A DNA stretch of 62,269 nucleotides, filler included, from Kipferlia bialata (Eukaryota): assembly GCA_003568945.1 (NCBI GenBank). It is 4 parts of 4 records of this genome, joined end to end, with 100 filler letters (N's around TTAATTAATTAA, not from the genome) between each part and the next. Parts side by side here need not be neighbours in the genome. Positions count along the whole stretch, not along the records: positions 1 to 19,560 come from BDIP01000414.1; 3 more parts are not named here. The stretch is one strand, 5' to 3'. Position numbers and translations under genes: made by a program. The stretch's first letter is position 1, and each line of letters starts with the position of its first letter. Positions 1 to 13,394 of the stretch are shown piece after piece. The notes beneath the pieces were generated by a model, which saw nothing but the letters and a program-made list of their open reading frames with translations, was not told the origin of the DNA and ran no database searches.

Positions 1-3000
1 ATGGGTGCAGGGGGATTGGTCAGTGGCAGGGTGCCCTTGACGGGCATATCATGTATAGCAATGCTGTCCCTGGGGAGGGAGGGAGACACCTGGAGGCCAG
101 ACACCTTGCTCAGCCCAGGGGCCACTGACCCCACCTCTGCTTGAGTGGCCACTGACCTCTCAGGCAGGAGGGCCTGCTCCGGTGCATCTCCAGCCTTGGA
201 CTCTCTCTCTCGCTCTGTTGGCAGGGTCTCCGCCTCTGGCTGGTCAGAGCATGAGCACCCCTGAGGCGTCAGATCCTCAGCCTGGAATGAGACAAGCCAG
301 TGAAACAAGCAATACACAGTACGGTAACTTCTGTGGAGTGTCAAGTAGGTCCAGCAACACCAACAGCTCTGCAATATATACTCAACAAGACTCTGCTATA
401 GATAGTCAATAACAGACCGACAAGAGAGAAAGAGAGCGTCGTACCTGTGACCCAAAGTCCAGTGGGGTGTCCTTTGACTCCTCGATCTGTTTGCGCATGA
501 CAGTGGCATTGGCTGGGATGAGACGGAGTATGATCACAAGGCGGATACTCCCACTCAATGGGAAGATTTCTAATGATAGGGACACTAGATGGAGTGACAA
601 TTATGAGAACACTTGTCACGCAACACACACTAGAAATGTACAAGTATATATAGTAATAACATAGTACTATATACAGCACATACCTGTGTGGCCAGCAGGG
701 TGCTGTGGCCTAGGAGACTCTCTGCAGACCTGAAGGTCAGATATAAGGCAACTAGCAGAGACACTATGAATGTATACCACTCTAACACCCACTAGACGGA
801 CCTGTCTGCTCTGTCTGTCGGAATCAGAGTCCGTTGCCTTATCAGTGCCAGTGCCGGTTGTCACTACTGGAGACACACAGCTATGCACGCTCACCTGTGG
901 GGGCACTGGGGATGAGATAGAAGAAGCCTTAACATACTTCACTCAATGTCGGCTTACACAGTTAGTACTGACACGTCACATGCAGGTACCTGTGCGCATG
1001 GTGGTGGGACGGATCAGCACTGGGGTGAGCCAAAGGAAACATATGGGCATATGCATCATGCAACATATGGACACTCAGAAATGGATACAGAACATGGGGA
1101 TATATGAGACAGATCTTACTCAGTAGTGCAATAGTGTGGCAGTCTAGCAGACTATATGTGGTCCCACAGTTAGAGTAAATATTCCTGGCACATACCTGTT
1201 GGAGGTGGGCGGATCTGGCCGTGCAGCCCTGTGGGCACTGTCGGGGTCCTCACCTGGAACCCGGGGTGACTACCATCGTCTATCTGGCCTAGAGCAGCAG
1301 TGCACTCATTAAGGTGCAGGGTGCTCTTCTCTAGGGCGAGTTGTAACCTGTGGTAAGTGTGTTCTGATAGACCATTCAGAATCCACATCAATGGCAATTG
1401 TCACATGTGACTACTCACCGTGTGCAAAGGCCATCGTCCTGTGTGCGGTCCACAGCAGCATGGGCGTCCACAGCCTCTTTCTGACACCCTATTGTCAGTG
1501 ATTGTGAGGTTGTAAAGACAAGTACAACATACAATGATTATTGAGGGTTGGAATTTGACGTAGCAGCTTCCATCCACAAGAACACTACCAGATTGAAAAC
1601 AGCAAAGAACTGAATCCCGTAAGCACGTCATTACCATAATATAGCATTGGTTCAGATACTTAACGTACCTTTCCAATGCACCTGGCCATGCTGGTACCTG
1701 GGGCGCATGACATCCACAACGGCAGGATCATCAATGGTGTCAGACACTGAGAGGATATTGCTCTGAGGTGAGAGTTCACTGAAAACAATCTCCAACAGTC
1801 CCAAATTGTATATAAGAATAGGTATGGGTACAAATTGCTATACTAGTGATATATATACATATACAGTGATGATATTGGCCACCCGACCTTATGCCATTTA
1901 TCCATAAAGGCCACACCCGCCTCACACCTGTCCACGAGACCCTCGGCCTGAATGTCAGGAGTGTATATCCACAAGTGTATCTATATGAATATTTCCCTAA
2001 ATATATGAATATATACGTATCTAGGTATATGGGGAGGAAGAGAACAGTGGCGGTAGACAGTGCAGTAACAGCCCAGACTGATGACACTCTAACCTTATCT
2101 CAGTCAGTATATTACCTCAACTAAGCCCTCCTTGGCTACACGGAGGGCAGTCTCCAGCGAGTCGTGCCTAGCCCTGAGATCCCCACAGATATCCTCGTAC
2201 AAGCCCAGAATGATTGGGAGGGTCACCTGATATTATCACAGGGCATAGATAAGAGATGCATATGAGTCAGCCGATATCTATATGGAGTGATACATGTATG
2301 GCCATACCCCTGCCTCTAGTCCGGAATGGCACTCACTGGCGTACACCCCTCGTACATCCATCTGCAGCCACTCCCTTATCTGATCGGCGCCTGCTTGGAG
2401 CCCAGACCCTACCTAAAACGGTGAGTGAGTTCTATATACAAATATACATTGATGTTGAGTGTAGTAGGTACCTGGTGCAGCCTCTCATTGTTGGCAAGGG
2501 CCTCACGTAGAGTGGACACACTGCTGGTCCTGTCAGAGTCTGGCGGGTACTGACCCTCGTCCTCAGCCACGGACTTGTCGAACCCCAGGGCCTCAGAAAT
2601 CCAGTCAAATGTCTGACGGGTGAGGCATATATATATATATATATATATATATACGAGAGCACAGGGGATACACACAAGTATATAAACACACAGACGTGTG
2701 TGAAAACATATGGGACACAGACAACAGCCCACCTGTGCCACCTCTCTCTGGACCCTGGCCCTCTCTGCCTCTGCCTCTCTTTCTGCTGCTGCCTCTCTCT
2801 CTCTCTTTGCCTGTCTCTCTGCCTCTAGCTCTCGCTCTGTCTCTGTCTCTCTCTTCCTATGGGGTTGGTGTCAGGAATGATGGGCTAGGGTGGTATCCAT
2901 GTATATATCTATGTATCTAGAATTACTGTAGGCAGACTCTGGTACGACGTGGAGTACGGTCAAACATGTAGGTACCATACGACACAGTAACTGTCAACTC

Positions 3001-3673
3001 TGTCATTACATTATGGGTACCTGTCGTCGAGAGTGGTGGTAAAGGACTCCAAAACGTCTCTGGCCTCCGAGGACGGGTCAGAGTCTGTATCTCCTGAGGT
3101 CAATCAACAACCCGGTGTTAAGGTAAACATACCCTATACTATATACATATACACACCAGCAGACATACCCATCAGCTGAGCGGTCTCCTTGATGCGTTGC
3201 ATAGTGGTGCAGATGGCACCCCCTGCTGTGTTGGCGAGTGCCTGTGTCAGAAGGGGATATGCCATTGTATATAGCATGTGCATACAGTATATATATATAG
3301 TATATATAGTATATATTGTAAGACGCCACACAAGATGAGATACCTCATTGATGAGAACAAGTCTCTCGGAGAGGTCAGAGGCCCCGTCAATCCCCTGGGG
3401 TCAGAGGGAGAGAGAGGTCAGGGGGAGGCATCATACTATGTACATAAAATAGAAATATATGTATATATCCATGTCGCAGTATGATTGTATTCTCCATATC
3501 CTAGGTCACACAATACCATACCTGCAACAGCGTCTCAGTGGTGGCCTCAAGATCCCTCTTATGCCTCTGCATCTCATCTCTGTGCTGTTGAGCTATCCTA
3601 GCCGCCTCGATGCGTCCACTTGCATCAGCCTTCCTGCAGTAAGCGGCAATGTGCTAGTGGATGTCTGGATACA

Positions 3674-3722
<49 letters not shown>

Positions 3723-6700
3723 TACATAGTGTGTGCGTGTGTGCCTGTATGGCAGTATGAAGAGCCGCTATACATGTAAACGCTGGCACAAATACCCATA
3801 TTGAACACAACATTCAAGCAATATATATGTATATATATATACGGGTCACAATGCATAAGTCTTCTCCATACCTACTCTCCAGGCCACCCAGGAACTCGTC
3901 CTGGTCATGTTTGATACTGCGCGACATCTTGTTGGACTCGTCTAGGGGGTGAGACGATATATATAGCCTGGCGGATACATATGTCTATGGACACGTACCA
4001 CCTAGTGTGGTCCAGATCTGCTGGAGACGGGAGAGGGAGGGCTGGACGTCACTGGCGTGGAGACGAAGGATCTGATGGGGTTAGCAACAGTGGGGGGCTG
4101 GATAACTACCAACGCCCATGAGACAACAGCTAAAGAGACGTAATGTCCACACTACTAGTACCTCCTCTACTCCCTCTATGCACTCTGGGTCAGTGGCAGC
4201 GTCGAGGTCAGTGACACGGTCCTGACATAAGACAAGGTATATGTAACTAGTATCTCTCCGTTGGGTACACTCGTGTACATATTTCTACATTGACTGATTC
4301 TGTGCCAGACAACGCATACCTCAAGACGACTCTGGGTACGCAGATATGTATCGACCAGATTGTTCTGCTCCTTCAGGAGAGCAATGCAGCCGTCAATCTC
4401 CTGGAGAATAAGTATGAACGAGCATAAACAACACATGGGTATGTAAGGCAAATGGGCACATACACGTATACATACAATATCACTAACCCTGAGTCCCTCA
4501 AGACCCTTCTTCACCACCTGGTGTAGAGCCTTGACTGTATGGTCAACATGTTGCTTGCGACTGGTGTTAGAGGATCGAAACGTAAATGTGTATATCAATA
4601 AATAGAAACAATGAATAGAAACAATGAACATATGTTATACTATGGATTTGATGACACAGTAAACAGTGTATAGTCAAAGTGGACACAGCACCAGCCACAC
4701 ATGACTAGTAAACATGCCCACTCCAACACTAAGCGTACCTCTTTTGCATAGAGGTGCCTGTTCCATTCGGATCACTGGCCTTCTTACACTGGGTCAGAGG
4801 AGAACAACAAGTGCGAAACCAGATAGAACGCATACAACAGTTGCACTCACCGCCTCTCCGATGAAGGCTCCAGTCTTGCCATAGCGGGTCAGGGCTTCCA
4901 TGGCCTCTGTCTGTCTCTGCTGTATTGCCTGAGATAAGGGTCTTGGTATATGCTCAGATGACTACAAATAATGAGAACACACCCACCCAAGACATGTACA
5001 GTAGATACAGATATATATAATGTGTACTGCACTCACATCGAGGTTAGGCTCAGAGGTCAAGACTCCAGGGCGCTGAACATCTATGTACTCTGCTCTACAG
5101 GCGTCAATCAGCAGTTCTACATCGCCTGGATCAGACGAACATACATATATATATATATATATATACATGAGAAAATATGTGGAGATTTGACCACAATGAG
5201 TGAAAGAGGCAATCAAGAGCAAGCACAAATACACCATATATGGATGGCGTTGGATCTACATACCCTCTGCCTTTTCATACAAGCCCTTGAGGTCCGGTCT
5301 GGGCACAGGGCTCTAGAGTAAGAGAAGTGCTTGGTCATACAATACATGTAGAGACGTATGTACAGCAACAAGCGCTAACACAACACCAACCTTTGAAGTG
5401 AACAGACGGATGTATACGTCGGGGTCACTTCTTTGTGCCATCTGGGTCAGGGTGTGAATCTTCACCTGGGGTCAGAGGACATGAGAGAGGGCTAGGGGTA
5501 GGAGACAAACAGGGTTGTGCACATCCATATCATAACACCTTACGCATGGTATTGAAACACCGCCGTGTTGAGTACTTGATTATAGACTGAAACATCCATA
5601 GCAACACATCTGGTTTAATTGAAGAATAGGACTATACTAATATACACTATCACTAGCCATATACTAACCTGGTCGAGCTCAATGTGGGTCTCAACACTAG
5701 GGCGTCTCTGGGGTTAGGCAGGTCACACAGAGAGAGAGTGCATGGAGAGAGAGGACAATAGCCACTTGCCTTTGTGTCCGTGCCCTTGGCCCCTCCCAGA
5801 CCCAGGTCACTGGGTGGCATCTGAGGGTGAATGTGATGAGTGAAGAGGGATATATATATATACATATATATATATTATATACTGGGCCAGAGAGACTGAA
5901 TACCACCTGTCATTACTCTAAGAACTATATGCTTACGGACCCACACATCCCCTCCCCTGACCTCTGGAAGGGTTACCATACCATACCTAACATCCGACAT
6001 ATCAATACACACACTGTCATATGAGGAGTTAGTACACATACTGCACATCTACCCAAACATACATCTATCCAAAAGTATACTCCATATATACAAATAGATT
6101 CAAATACCCACACTCGCATAAATACAGATGTATATATACATACCCCCACAGATATATATATATATATATATATACATCTATACATATACCCCACCTTCCC
6201 CCTCGAGCCTGTGCCCCTCTCCCTCCCCTTCTCCCTCCCCTTCTCCCTCTCCCTCTCTCTCTCCCTCTCTCTCTGCACCCTCTTCCCAGCTACACCCTTC
6301 ACACCCTGGGCCCTCTGCATCTGACCAAGACAAGACCTGGGTGAGAGGCAGGAGAGTAGAGACACTGTATATACATATATACACTGTGTGTATATATATA
6401 TACATGAGTATATATACTACCTCGTCACCCGGTACTGTCACAATACTACATGTATATATATATATATACATGAGTATATATACATACATACATATATACA
6501 TGAGTATATATACTGTCTCGTCTCCCGGTACTATCACAGTACTACATATATATACATGAGTATATATATATACATATGAGTATATACACTACCTCGTCAC
6601 CCAGTACTTTCAGGATACTACATATATATATATATATATACATGAGTATTAATACATACATACATACATATATACATGAGTATATATACTACCTCGTCAC

Positions 6701-6725
6701 CCGGTGCTGTCACAATACTACCTAT

Positions 6726-6756
<31 letters not shown>

Positions 6757-6972
6757 CTAATTTAAGAGTATACTACCTCTTCACCCCGTACTGTCACAAT
6801 ACTACATACATATATACATTTATAAATATTTATACGTATATACTACCTGGTCACCCAGTGATGTCACAATTCTACTTATATATATATACATACATACAAT
6901 AAGTCTATATGAGTATATATATTACCTGGTCACCCGGTACTGTGTCCGCTGGTGACCCGTGCAGACAGGTAC
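1..6972 (-). CDS. Multi-exon gene (about 25+ short exons, 3' end beyond window start); helical/coiled-coil protein, possibly containing an F-BAR-like region
   Basis: Regular minus-strand exons bounded by CTCACCCCAG-type acceptors and GT donors, e.g. SNILSVSDTIDDPAVVDVMRPRYQHGQVHWK (~1669-1762), VTLPIILGLYEDICGDLRARHDSLETALRVAKEGLVE (~2117-2227), EIDGCIALLKEQNNLVDTYLRTQSRLE (~4320-4400), VKIHTLTQMAQRSDPDVYIRLFTSK (~5391-5465). The F-BAR resemblance is by eye only. It may be more than one gene. Confidence 0.6.
6417..6945 (-). repeat. Intronic tandem array: six degenerate copies of the preceding exon's 3' end plus donor site, with TA-rich spacers
   Basis: CTACCTCGTCACCCGGTACTGTCACAATACTAC-like units at ~6417, 6513, 6589, 6689, 6773, 6843. 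The parent exon end TACCTGGTCACCCGGTACTGT is at ~6923. Confidence 0.85.
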
Positions 6973-7200
6973 CTGCCGGTGAGCTAAATGTCATTGTACT
7001 GTATCATTCACCACTAGCATCACAGTAGCATATATATAATATCCAAAACAGCTGGGAAGAGTAAACTCTGCAATGAGACAACAGGAGAGTGACACTGAGG
7101 GAGGAGGGGGGGGGGGGGGGGGGGGGGGGAGGGAGGGGGGGGGGGGGGGGGGGAAGGGGGGGGGGAGGGGGGGGGGGGGGGGGGGGGGGGGGGTGCGTAC

Positions 7201-7420
7201 CTCTCCGTCGACTGAGACCTCCAGTGTCTCTGCGCTGAGTGTAGCACCGTCGGCATCACTCACTGTGATGGTAAGGGCGGTCTCCACACCCACGTACAGG
7301 GAGGAGGGGGAGGACAGGGTGGTGGAGAGGCCCTCGACGTCTATGGTAGAGGTCAGTGTGCTCATGGTCTCAGTGACAAGGGAGACAGAGAGGTCTCCTA
7401 GAGGGTGAGGAAGGAGACTA

Positions 7421-7456
<36 letters not shown>

Positions 7457-7606
7457 TGTGTGTGTCCCCAACCTCCCGTGTAGCAGTCTGAGTAACTCAG
7501 TGAGGCCATGTAACTGGCCTGGTCCTCACTCCAGTAGACAGGGACAGCGGAGGTGACTCCGACATCTGTCATGTAGATGGAGAGGGCACGGCTGGGGTTA
7601 GGCAAG

Positions 7607-7647
<41 letters not shown>

Positions 7648-8016
7648 TGACTCCGACATCTGTCATGTAGATGGAGAGGGCACGGCTGGAGTCAGAAACG
7701 ATAGTGAGAGAGATTCAGGTATACAGTTATTTACTGGTTCCATTCCAACTCACCCGTCGAAGCCGTCTATCAGCCCATTGGCGTCCTTGAGCTCTAGATA
7801 GACCTCCACCTCAGTCATGGCACAGCCATACACACCGGCACTGTTAGCTGCAATGGTGAACTCGGTAGTGTCGCCATACTGGATGGTTAGATATAAATGT
7901 AGAGATGAAGAGTGGGGGAGACTACTATCCGTACCGTTGTGGCGTATATCTCGACCTCTGTCTCCATGATTGTGGTGACATAGTCTGAGGACAGGGTGAG
8001 GGTGGAGTCAGTGGGG
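7201..8016 (-). CDS. Fragment of an S/T-rich, beta-strand-rich (Ig/invasin/filamin-like) extracellular protein; 4 exons, 5' end lost in gap
   Basis: Exons encode DSTLTLSSDYVTTIMETEVEIYATT, YGDTTEFTIAANSAGVYGCAMTEVEVYLELKDANGLIDGFD, DVGVTSAVPVYWSEDQASYMASLSYSDCYT and STIDVEGLSTTLSSPSSLYVGVETALTITVSDADGATLSAETLEVSVDGE. The 'LTITVSDADG' and 'LELKDANG' patterns are typical of Ig-like repeats. Confidence 0.55.
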
Positions 8017-8027
8017 CTGGGGGTAAG

Positions 8028-8058
<31 letters not shown>

Positions 8059-8089
8059 GGGGGGGGGGGGTGGGGGAAGGAGGGTTGAA

Positions 8090-8664
8090 NNNNNNNNNNN
8101 NNNNNNNNNNNNNNNNNNNNNNNNNNNNNNNNNNNNNNNNNNNNNNNNNNNNNNNNNNNNNNNNNNNNNNNNNNNNNNNNNNNNNNNNNNNNNNNNNNNN
8201 NNNNNNNNNNNNNNNNNNNNNNNNNNNNNNNNNNNNNNNNNNNNNNNNNNNNNNNNNNNNNNNNNNNNNNNNNNNNNNNNNNNNNNNNNNNNNNNNNNNN
8301 NNNNNNNNNNNNNNNNNNNNNNNNNNNNNNNNNNNNNNNNNNNNNNNNNNNNNNNNNNNNNNNNNNNNNNNNNNNNNNNNNNNNNNNNNNNNNNNNNNNN
8401 NNNNNNNNNNNNNNNNNNNNNNNNNNNNNNNNNNNNNNNNNNNNNNNNNNNNNNNNNNNNNNNNNNNNNNNNNNNNNNNNNNNNNNNNNNNNNNNNNNNN
8501 NNNNNNNNNNNNNNNNNNNNNNNNNNNNNNNNNNNNNNNNNNNNNNNNNNNNNNNNNNNNNNNNNNNNNNNNNNNNNNNNNNNNNNNNNNNNNNNNNNNN
8601 NNNNNNNNNNNNNNNNNNNNNNNNNNNNNNNNNNNNNNNNNNNNNNNNNNNNNNNNNNNNNNNN
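8090..8664. other. Assembly gap (N run) flanked by G/C homopolymer tracts
   Basis: N characters; poly-G before and poly-C after. Confidence 0.99.
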
Positions 8665-8718
8665 GGGAGCAAACTATTTATTCCCCCCCCCCCCCCCCCC
8701 CCCGCCGCCTCACCCCAG

Positions 8719-9792
8719 GTGACTGGTGTTACCCTTGAGGCCGAGGTGTCTCTGGAGCAGAAGGCCGATGACCTGTCTGGGATGTCCAGCCAAGATAGAC
8801 TGATGCACCTGATACCAGATGTGACGGTCAAGGTGACAAAGAGACCAGAGCTGCAGTTTGAGTACAGGGTGAGGATGGGCAAGAAGAGGCCTGTCGAGAT
8901 ATCGTCTGCCGATGCCATCAGAGGACTGGTCAAGAGGCTGTTCGATGTGGCCCTGGACCAGCTGATAGGGGTGACAGTGCACGTGGACATAGCACAGTCA
9001 ATCAGAACAAGGGCTAGGGAGGTATGGTAGTCATTGGTGATCTAGTGGATGTTTCATGTATATCCATATCCGTGTGTCCCTCACTCTCAGATGGTCATCC
9101 TGGAGGGGCATGACGTGGGTCCGTCCTGTGTCACAGTGACTGGGCTGGGTCCACAGGATGACAAGGAGAAGGAGAAGGAGAAAGAGAGGGACAGTAGGTA
9201 TCCAGTCAGACACCTCCCCAGTAGTCGAGAGAGGGAGAGGGAGAGAGACAGGGAGAGAGACATGCGTGAGCGTAGCCCTGACCCCCTAGACTCCGACCGG
9301 CACATGACGCACTCTCGGTCATCCCCATATGAGAGGGAGAGTGGGAGGGACAGGGAGATGGAGAGGGAGAGGGACACCTACCGTGTGACCCACTCAGCTG
9401 ACCAGTCCCCCCCTGTCCCTAGGTACAAGGCCCCCCCAGCTGCCATGCCCCTAGACCCCAACAGGCTGGCCCAGCAGGCAGCATCCGTCATAGGCAGGAG
9501 GAGGGACAAGAGACAGGTGGGTGTGTCTGAACCTATCCCACGCCTCCTCGTGTGATATATATATCCCCTCACCCCAGACCAAGAAGGGCGACCAGAGGCT
9601 GTTTAGCAGGTCCCCCTCGGCATCCCCAGGCCCGGTGCAGGTACAGCTTATGTATGGGTCCTTCTTATCACTTGACATGGAGTACAGTGGCATGATATTC
9701 AACACTACATCTATACACTCCTATGTTTTCTTATCCCACCCCAGATGCCCACCAGCCACTGGCGGATGTCCAGTGATGGAAGAGGGTACTGA
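8719..9792 (+). CDS. 3' part of a gene of unknown function with an RE/RD/RS-rich low-complexity tail
   Basis: Exons 8719-9021, 9091-9516, 9578-9640, 9745-9792 splice in frame (GT...CCCCAG/CTCAG introns), ending MPTSHWRMSSDGRGY-TGA. Confidence 0.75.
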
Positions 9793-10098
9793 TTGCGTTA
9801 ACGGGACACTAGTATAGGACCAACAGCTTCACTTATATGTCATTTTATAACCGACTAATAAATCGCGTTTTGCAAGTGGTTGGACTTGAGCGGAACGTTG
9901 AGGGTCTCTTTCAGTCACACTACATTGTGTCTTGTGTACCAGTCTGGCATTCATAGCTACAGCTGGGAACGGTGTGTACTTGTAACTACTTGTAACACTT
10001 GGAGTACCCATATACCACCCCTGATTGCTCCCCCCCTCTGTGTCTGAGTGTCTGTGACACTGTCACTGCATCACCCTATCCCTAGCACACCCCATGCC

Positions 10099-13000
10099 AT
10101 GGGAACCCCGGCACAGTATGGGATGGGAATGTGTCGGAGAAGTAGAGGGGTGCTGACCCCCCTGCTGTATGTGTTGGTGTTGGTGTTGTGTGTTGCCATG
10201 CCTACCTCTGCCCTGGGGGTGTCTACCCAGACCAACCTGGACCCCCCCGTCGTCTCCACCTCTCTGTGCCGGGTGTACCCTGACGTGTCTGACCTGGACA
10301 CATGGCTGGATGGGTGGTGTAGTCAGAGGGGCCTTGACCCCTTCAGCGTAGGCATGGCCGTGGTCACATCGGAGTTCACAGACAAGGCAGAGGGGGAGGG
10401 GGAGGGGGCACCTCTGCTCCAGTGCCTCGATGACTTCAAGGGTGGGTGGGTTCTGTGTGCTCGTTGGTTGCGTGGCTCCTCTCCCCTCTCCTCATTCCTC
10501 TAGTACACGCTCTCTGTGTTTCAGTAGACATCCCTCCCCCTTTCATGCTCTCTCTCTCTCTTACCCCTCTGTTCCTCACCCCCAGATGTGCAGTTTGGAT
10601 CATGCACCCAAGAGGTTGATATGTACATGGTCAATGCCACTGTGTCTACCCATGGGTTGGCTGACTCTGAGTCGGCCCTGCCCTTCTCTCTCTCCACCCC
10701 TGCTTTCTCCCACTCCCTGGGGGGTCTGGCATCCATAATGGGGTTCCACCTAGCCCTAGGGGAGGGGAAGACAGGTAGATGTCTTTATCCTTTGTTCCTC
10801 TCTCACTCTCTCCCACCCCCAGGCACTGACCCCGACACCCTTGTTTCCGATGTCCTGCCCTCCGGTCTGGTCAGTGGCATGGGCCTAGATCCCACCCTCT
10901 CCCTGAGGCATCTGGCCACACACACAAGGTGAGGTATCTCTTTGCATGTATATATCTATACACACTAGATGTCTAACCCAGTGGTCTGATCGAGAGGCCT
11001 GCCGGGTCTCTGACCCTAGATATGGGCTCTGTGCCCCCTCTCTCTGCCCTCCTCCCCCAGCAGACTGCGTCCTATGCCAGTCCCGGTGCCCATGCGTGTC
11101 TAGACCCCCTCAACACTGCCATGCTGGCTGTGTGCATGGCATACCTCACAGACACACACACAGACATGCCCTACTCAGCAGACACAGCCTGTCAGTGTGT
11201 GACAGACACCGTTCTCACACCCCTGGGTGTCACAGAGGGGGGGTACCTGGGGGACAGTGGGGTCACCCCTCACTATACCGAGGTACATCAGCTTGATATT
11301 GTACAACATCCCCATCATATCCATCATATCTATTTCTTCCATCAGGAGTGGTTCAGACAGAACAGGGCGTCTGACTATCTGGCCCCTGAGGCACAGGCAG
11401 AGGCACTACGCACACTGACCCCCAGTGGTAACATGGCAGTGTCACTCATAGAGGCAGCAAGGTGGGGATGGCTCTATCTTCTGTAGTCACGGTGTGTGTC
11501 TATCTCTGACCCCAGGCTACTTGGTGGTGTTGTGGGCCCCTCCCTGCTATCTGTGGAGGGTGTGGATAGGATGCTGGGCAGACACTACACACTGGGGCAG
11601 GGGCTGGACGCAGACAGAGACACCAACCCCGAGATACCGGGGTGGGTGCCGTGGCATAGTCATTACCCTCTTTATACTTATGTATCACACCTCACCCCAG
11701 CATGACGATGGGTCTGGGCCAGGAGAGACAGCAGGGCATGCTGGTGGCTGGGGCAGTGTCAGAGGGCACAGGCCATGCGTCGGGGTACAGTGTCTATAAC
11801 ACAGCCACGCAGCCTGGGTCCGTGTCCTGTGCTGGTATCAGAAGGCTGGGTGTGTATGCATATGCCAACATATCTGACAGGTCCCTGGTGGCTGAGCTGC
11901 TGGAGGACTTCTATGCACACTACCTGAGTGACACGTACTACGAGTCCCTCTACGCCAATGACGAGAGCATACTGCCCTTGACAAGGCTGGAGAAGGAGCA
12001 GGGAGGGTGAGTGGATGTCTACATACTAATTGATACAACGTGACTGGTGTTTGTTCATTGTCTCCTATCCCCACCCCAGGTATGCCCATCGGGAGATGGG
12101 CCCTGCCTCTGTACTCTCAGGCCCTGCCCACCCAGTCACACCCTTCCTCGGCATCAGGTGGGATACAGGGTGCATGGCTGAGGGCTCTCTTCAAGATCAG
12201 ATGGACACCATGGTTGATTGATTATCATATATGACACCACTGGTCTTTGTGTAGCCTCACCCTCAGGATGTTGGTGGAGAGTGAGTACGACAGTGATCTG
12301 TTGCACCTGGTCCCCAACCCTCCCTCGGACACCCAGGGTTACGCACTGTATGCAGACCACATCATGAGACAGAGCACTCCCAGTGACAGGTAGGGGGTAT
12401 ATTTATGATGGGTAGGAGGTGAGGGTGAATGCAGGGGGAATATGGATGAGATACGAAATGCTACAGTATATACTCTATCTGATTCCCAGGGCCATGTATG
12501 TGGAAATTGAGACTGGGGGTGGGGATAATGGGTCAGAGACAGACAGGCCCACGGCTCTGTTCGAGGTATGGAGGGTATATGTTCGATAGACGTGTGTTTA
12601 GACTAAACAGTTTAGTGAATGATGCCTTGTCTTCTATACACTGGGCTGACTCCAGGCCTCCTCCGGTATCACCTTGGTCCCCATCCCCCCTTTGCTGTCA
12701 CTGAATGTATACAGTGCACTGGCTGGGTCAGGGGTGGCCATGGCCCTGCTGTTCTCAGGTTTGTGTTGGGTATTCATTATAGGGCTCACTATTCCCATAG
12801 TCTACCATGTGTATGCCCCTTACTAACCCCCATGTCTGTCCCTGTGCATGTCTGTCCAGCCCGATGCCAGTGTCAGTGACGGCACAGCCAGGTGGGGGGT
12901 CTATGCTACTGATCTATCATCTGAATATCTACATGTGTTGTGTGCCCCTACCATCCCTCACCGCCAGGTACCACCATCACCGTAAGCACAAGAAGAACAG

Positions 13001-13394
13001 AGAGAGAGGGGTCAAGCACCAGCCCCCTATGCTGGGCCTCTCCCCGTCTCTCCTTCTCACTGCCATGGGGTGTATCCTATGTGGTATCACCATCCTCCTG
13101 TACGCCATGCTCGCCCTAGACCCAACTGCCCACTGTTTGCGTCTCAAGCTTTGGGAGCGCCTGGCTCACAACGAGTTGCTTGTCACAATAGCCCATATAC
13201 TCTGGGTGACTGCCATAGTGTTACTGGTGGGTGCCGCAGCAGGGTATGGCCTAGGTATATACCAGATCAGAGAGAGAGCATACACCGTCCAAGGGGGTAT
13301 CTTGTGGTGGTCGTTGTTCACAGGAGGGGCCATGCTACCTATCACAGGTCTCATCGTGTACTATCGCACCCTTGTGACAGCATTACACAGATAG
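10099..13394 (+). CDS. Beta-lactamase/serine-hydrolase (AmpC/class C-like fold) membrane protein with N-terminal signal and C-terminal TM helices; probably non-catalytic
   Basis: Hydrophobic N-terminus (LLYVLVLVLCVAMPTSALG). Splicing 10928 to 10982 yields LSLRHLATHTSGL (family motif I/L-T-x-R-x-L-L-T-H-T-S-G). Also GK..DPDTLVSDVLP, SPG, LTPLGV, PSGNMAVSLIEAAR, LGVYAYAN in family order. The last exon encodes about 3 TM segments and ends at TAG 13392-13394. Confidence 0.7.

Noticed and set aside
7100..7195. Poly-Pro/poly-Gly ORF from a long G tract (G-quadruplex potential)
   Set aside because: It lies after a GT donor inside an intron. Similar tracts border gaps, so length is unreliable and it may mark a misjoin between two genes.
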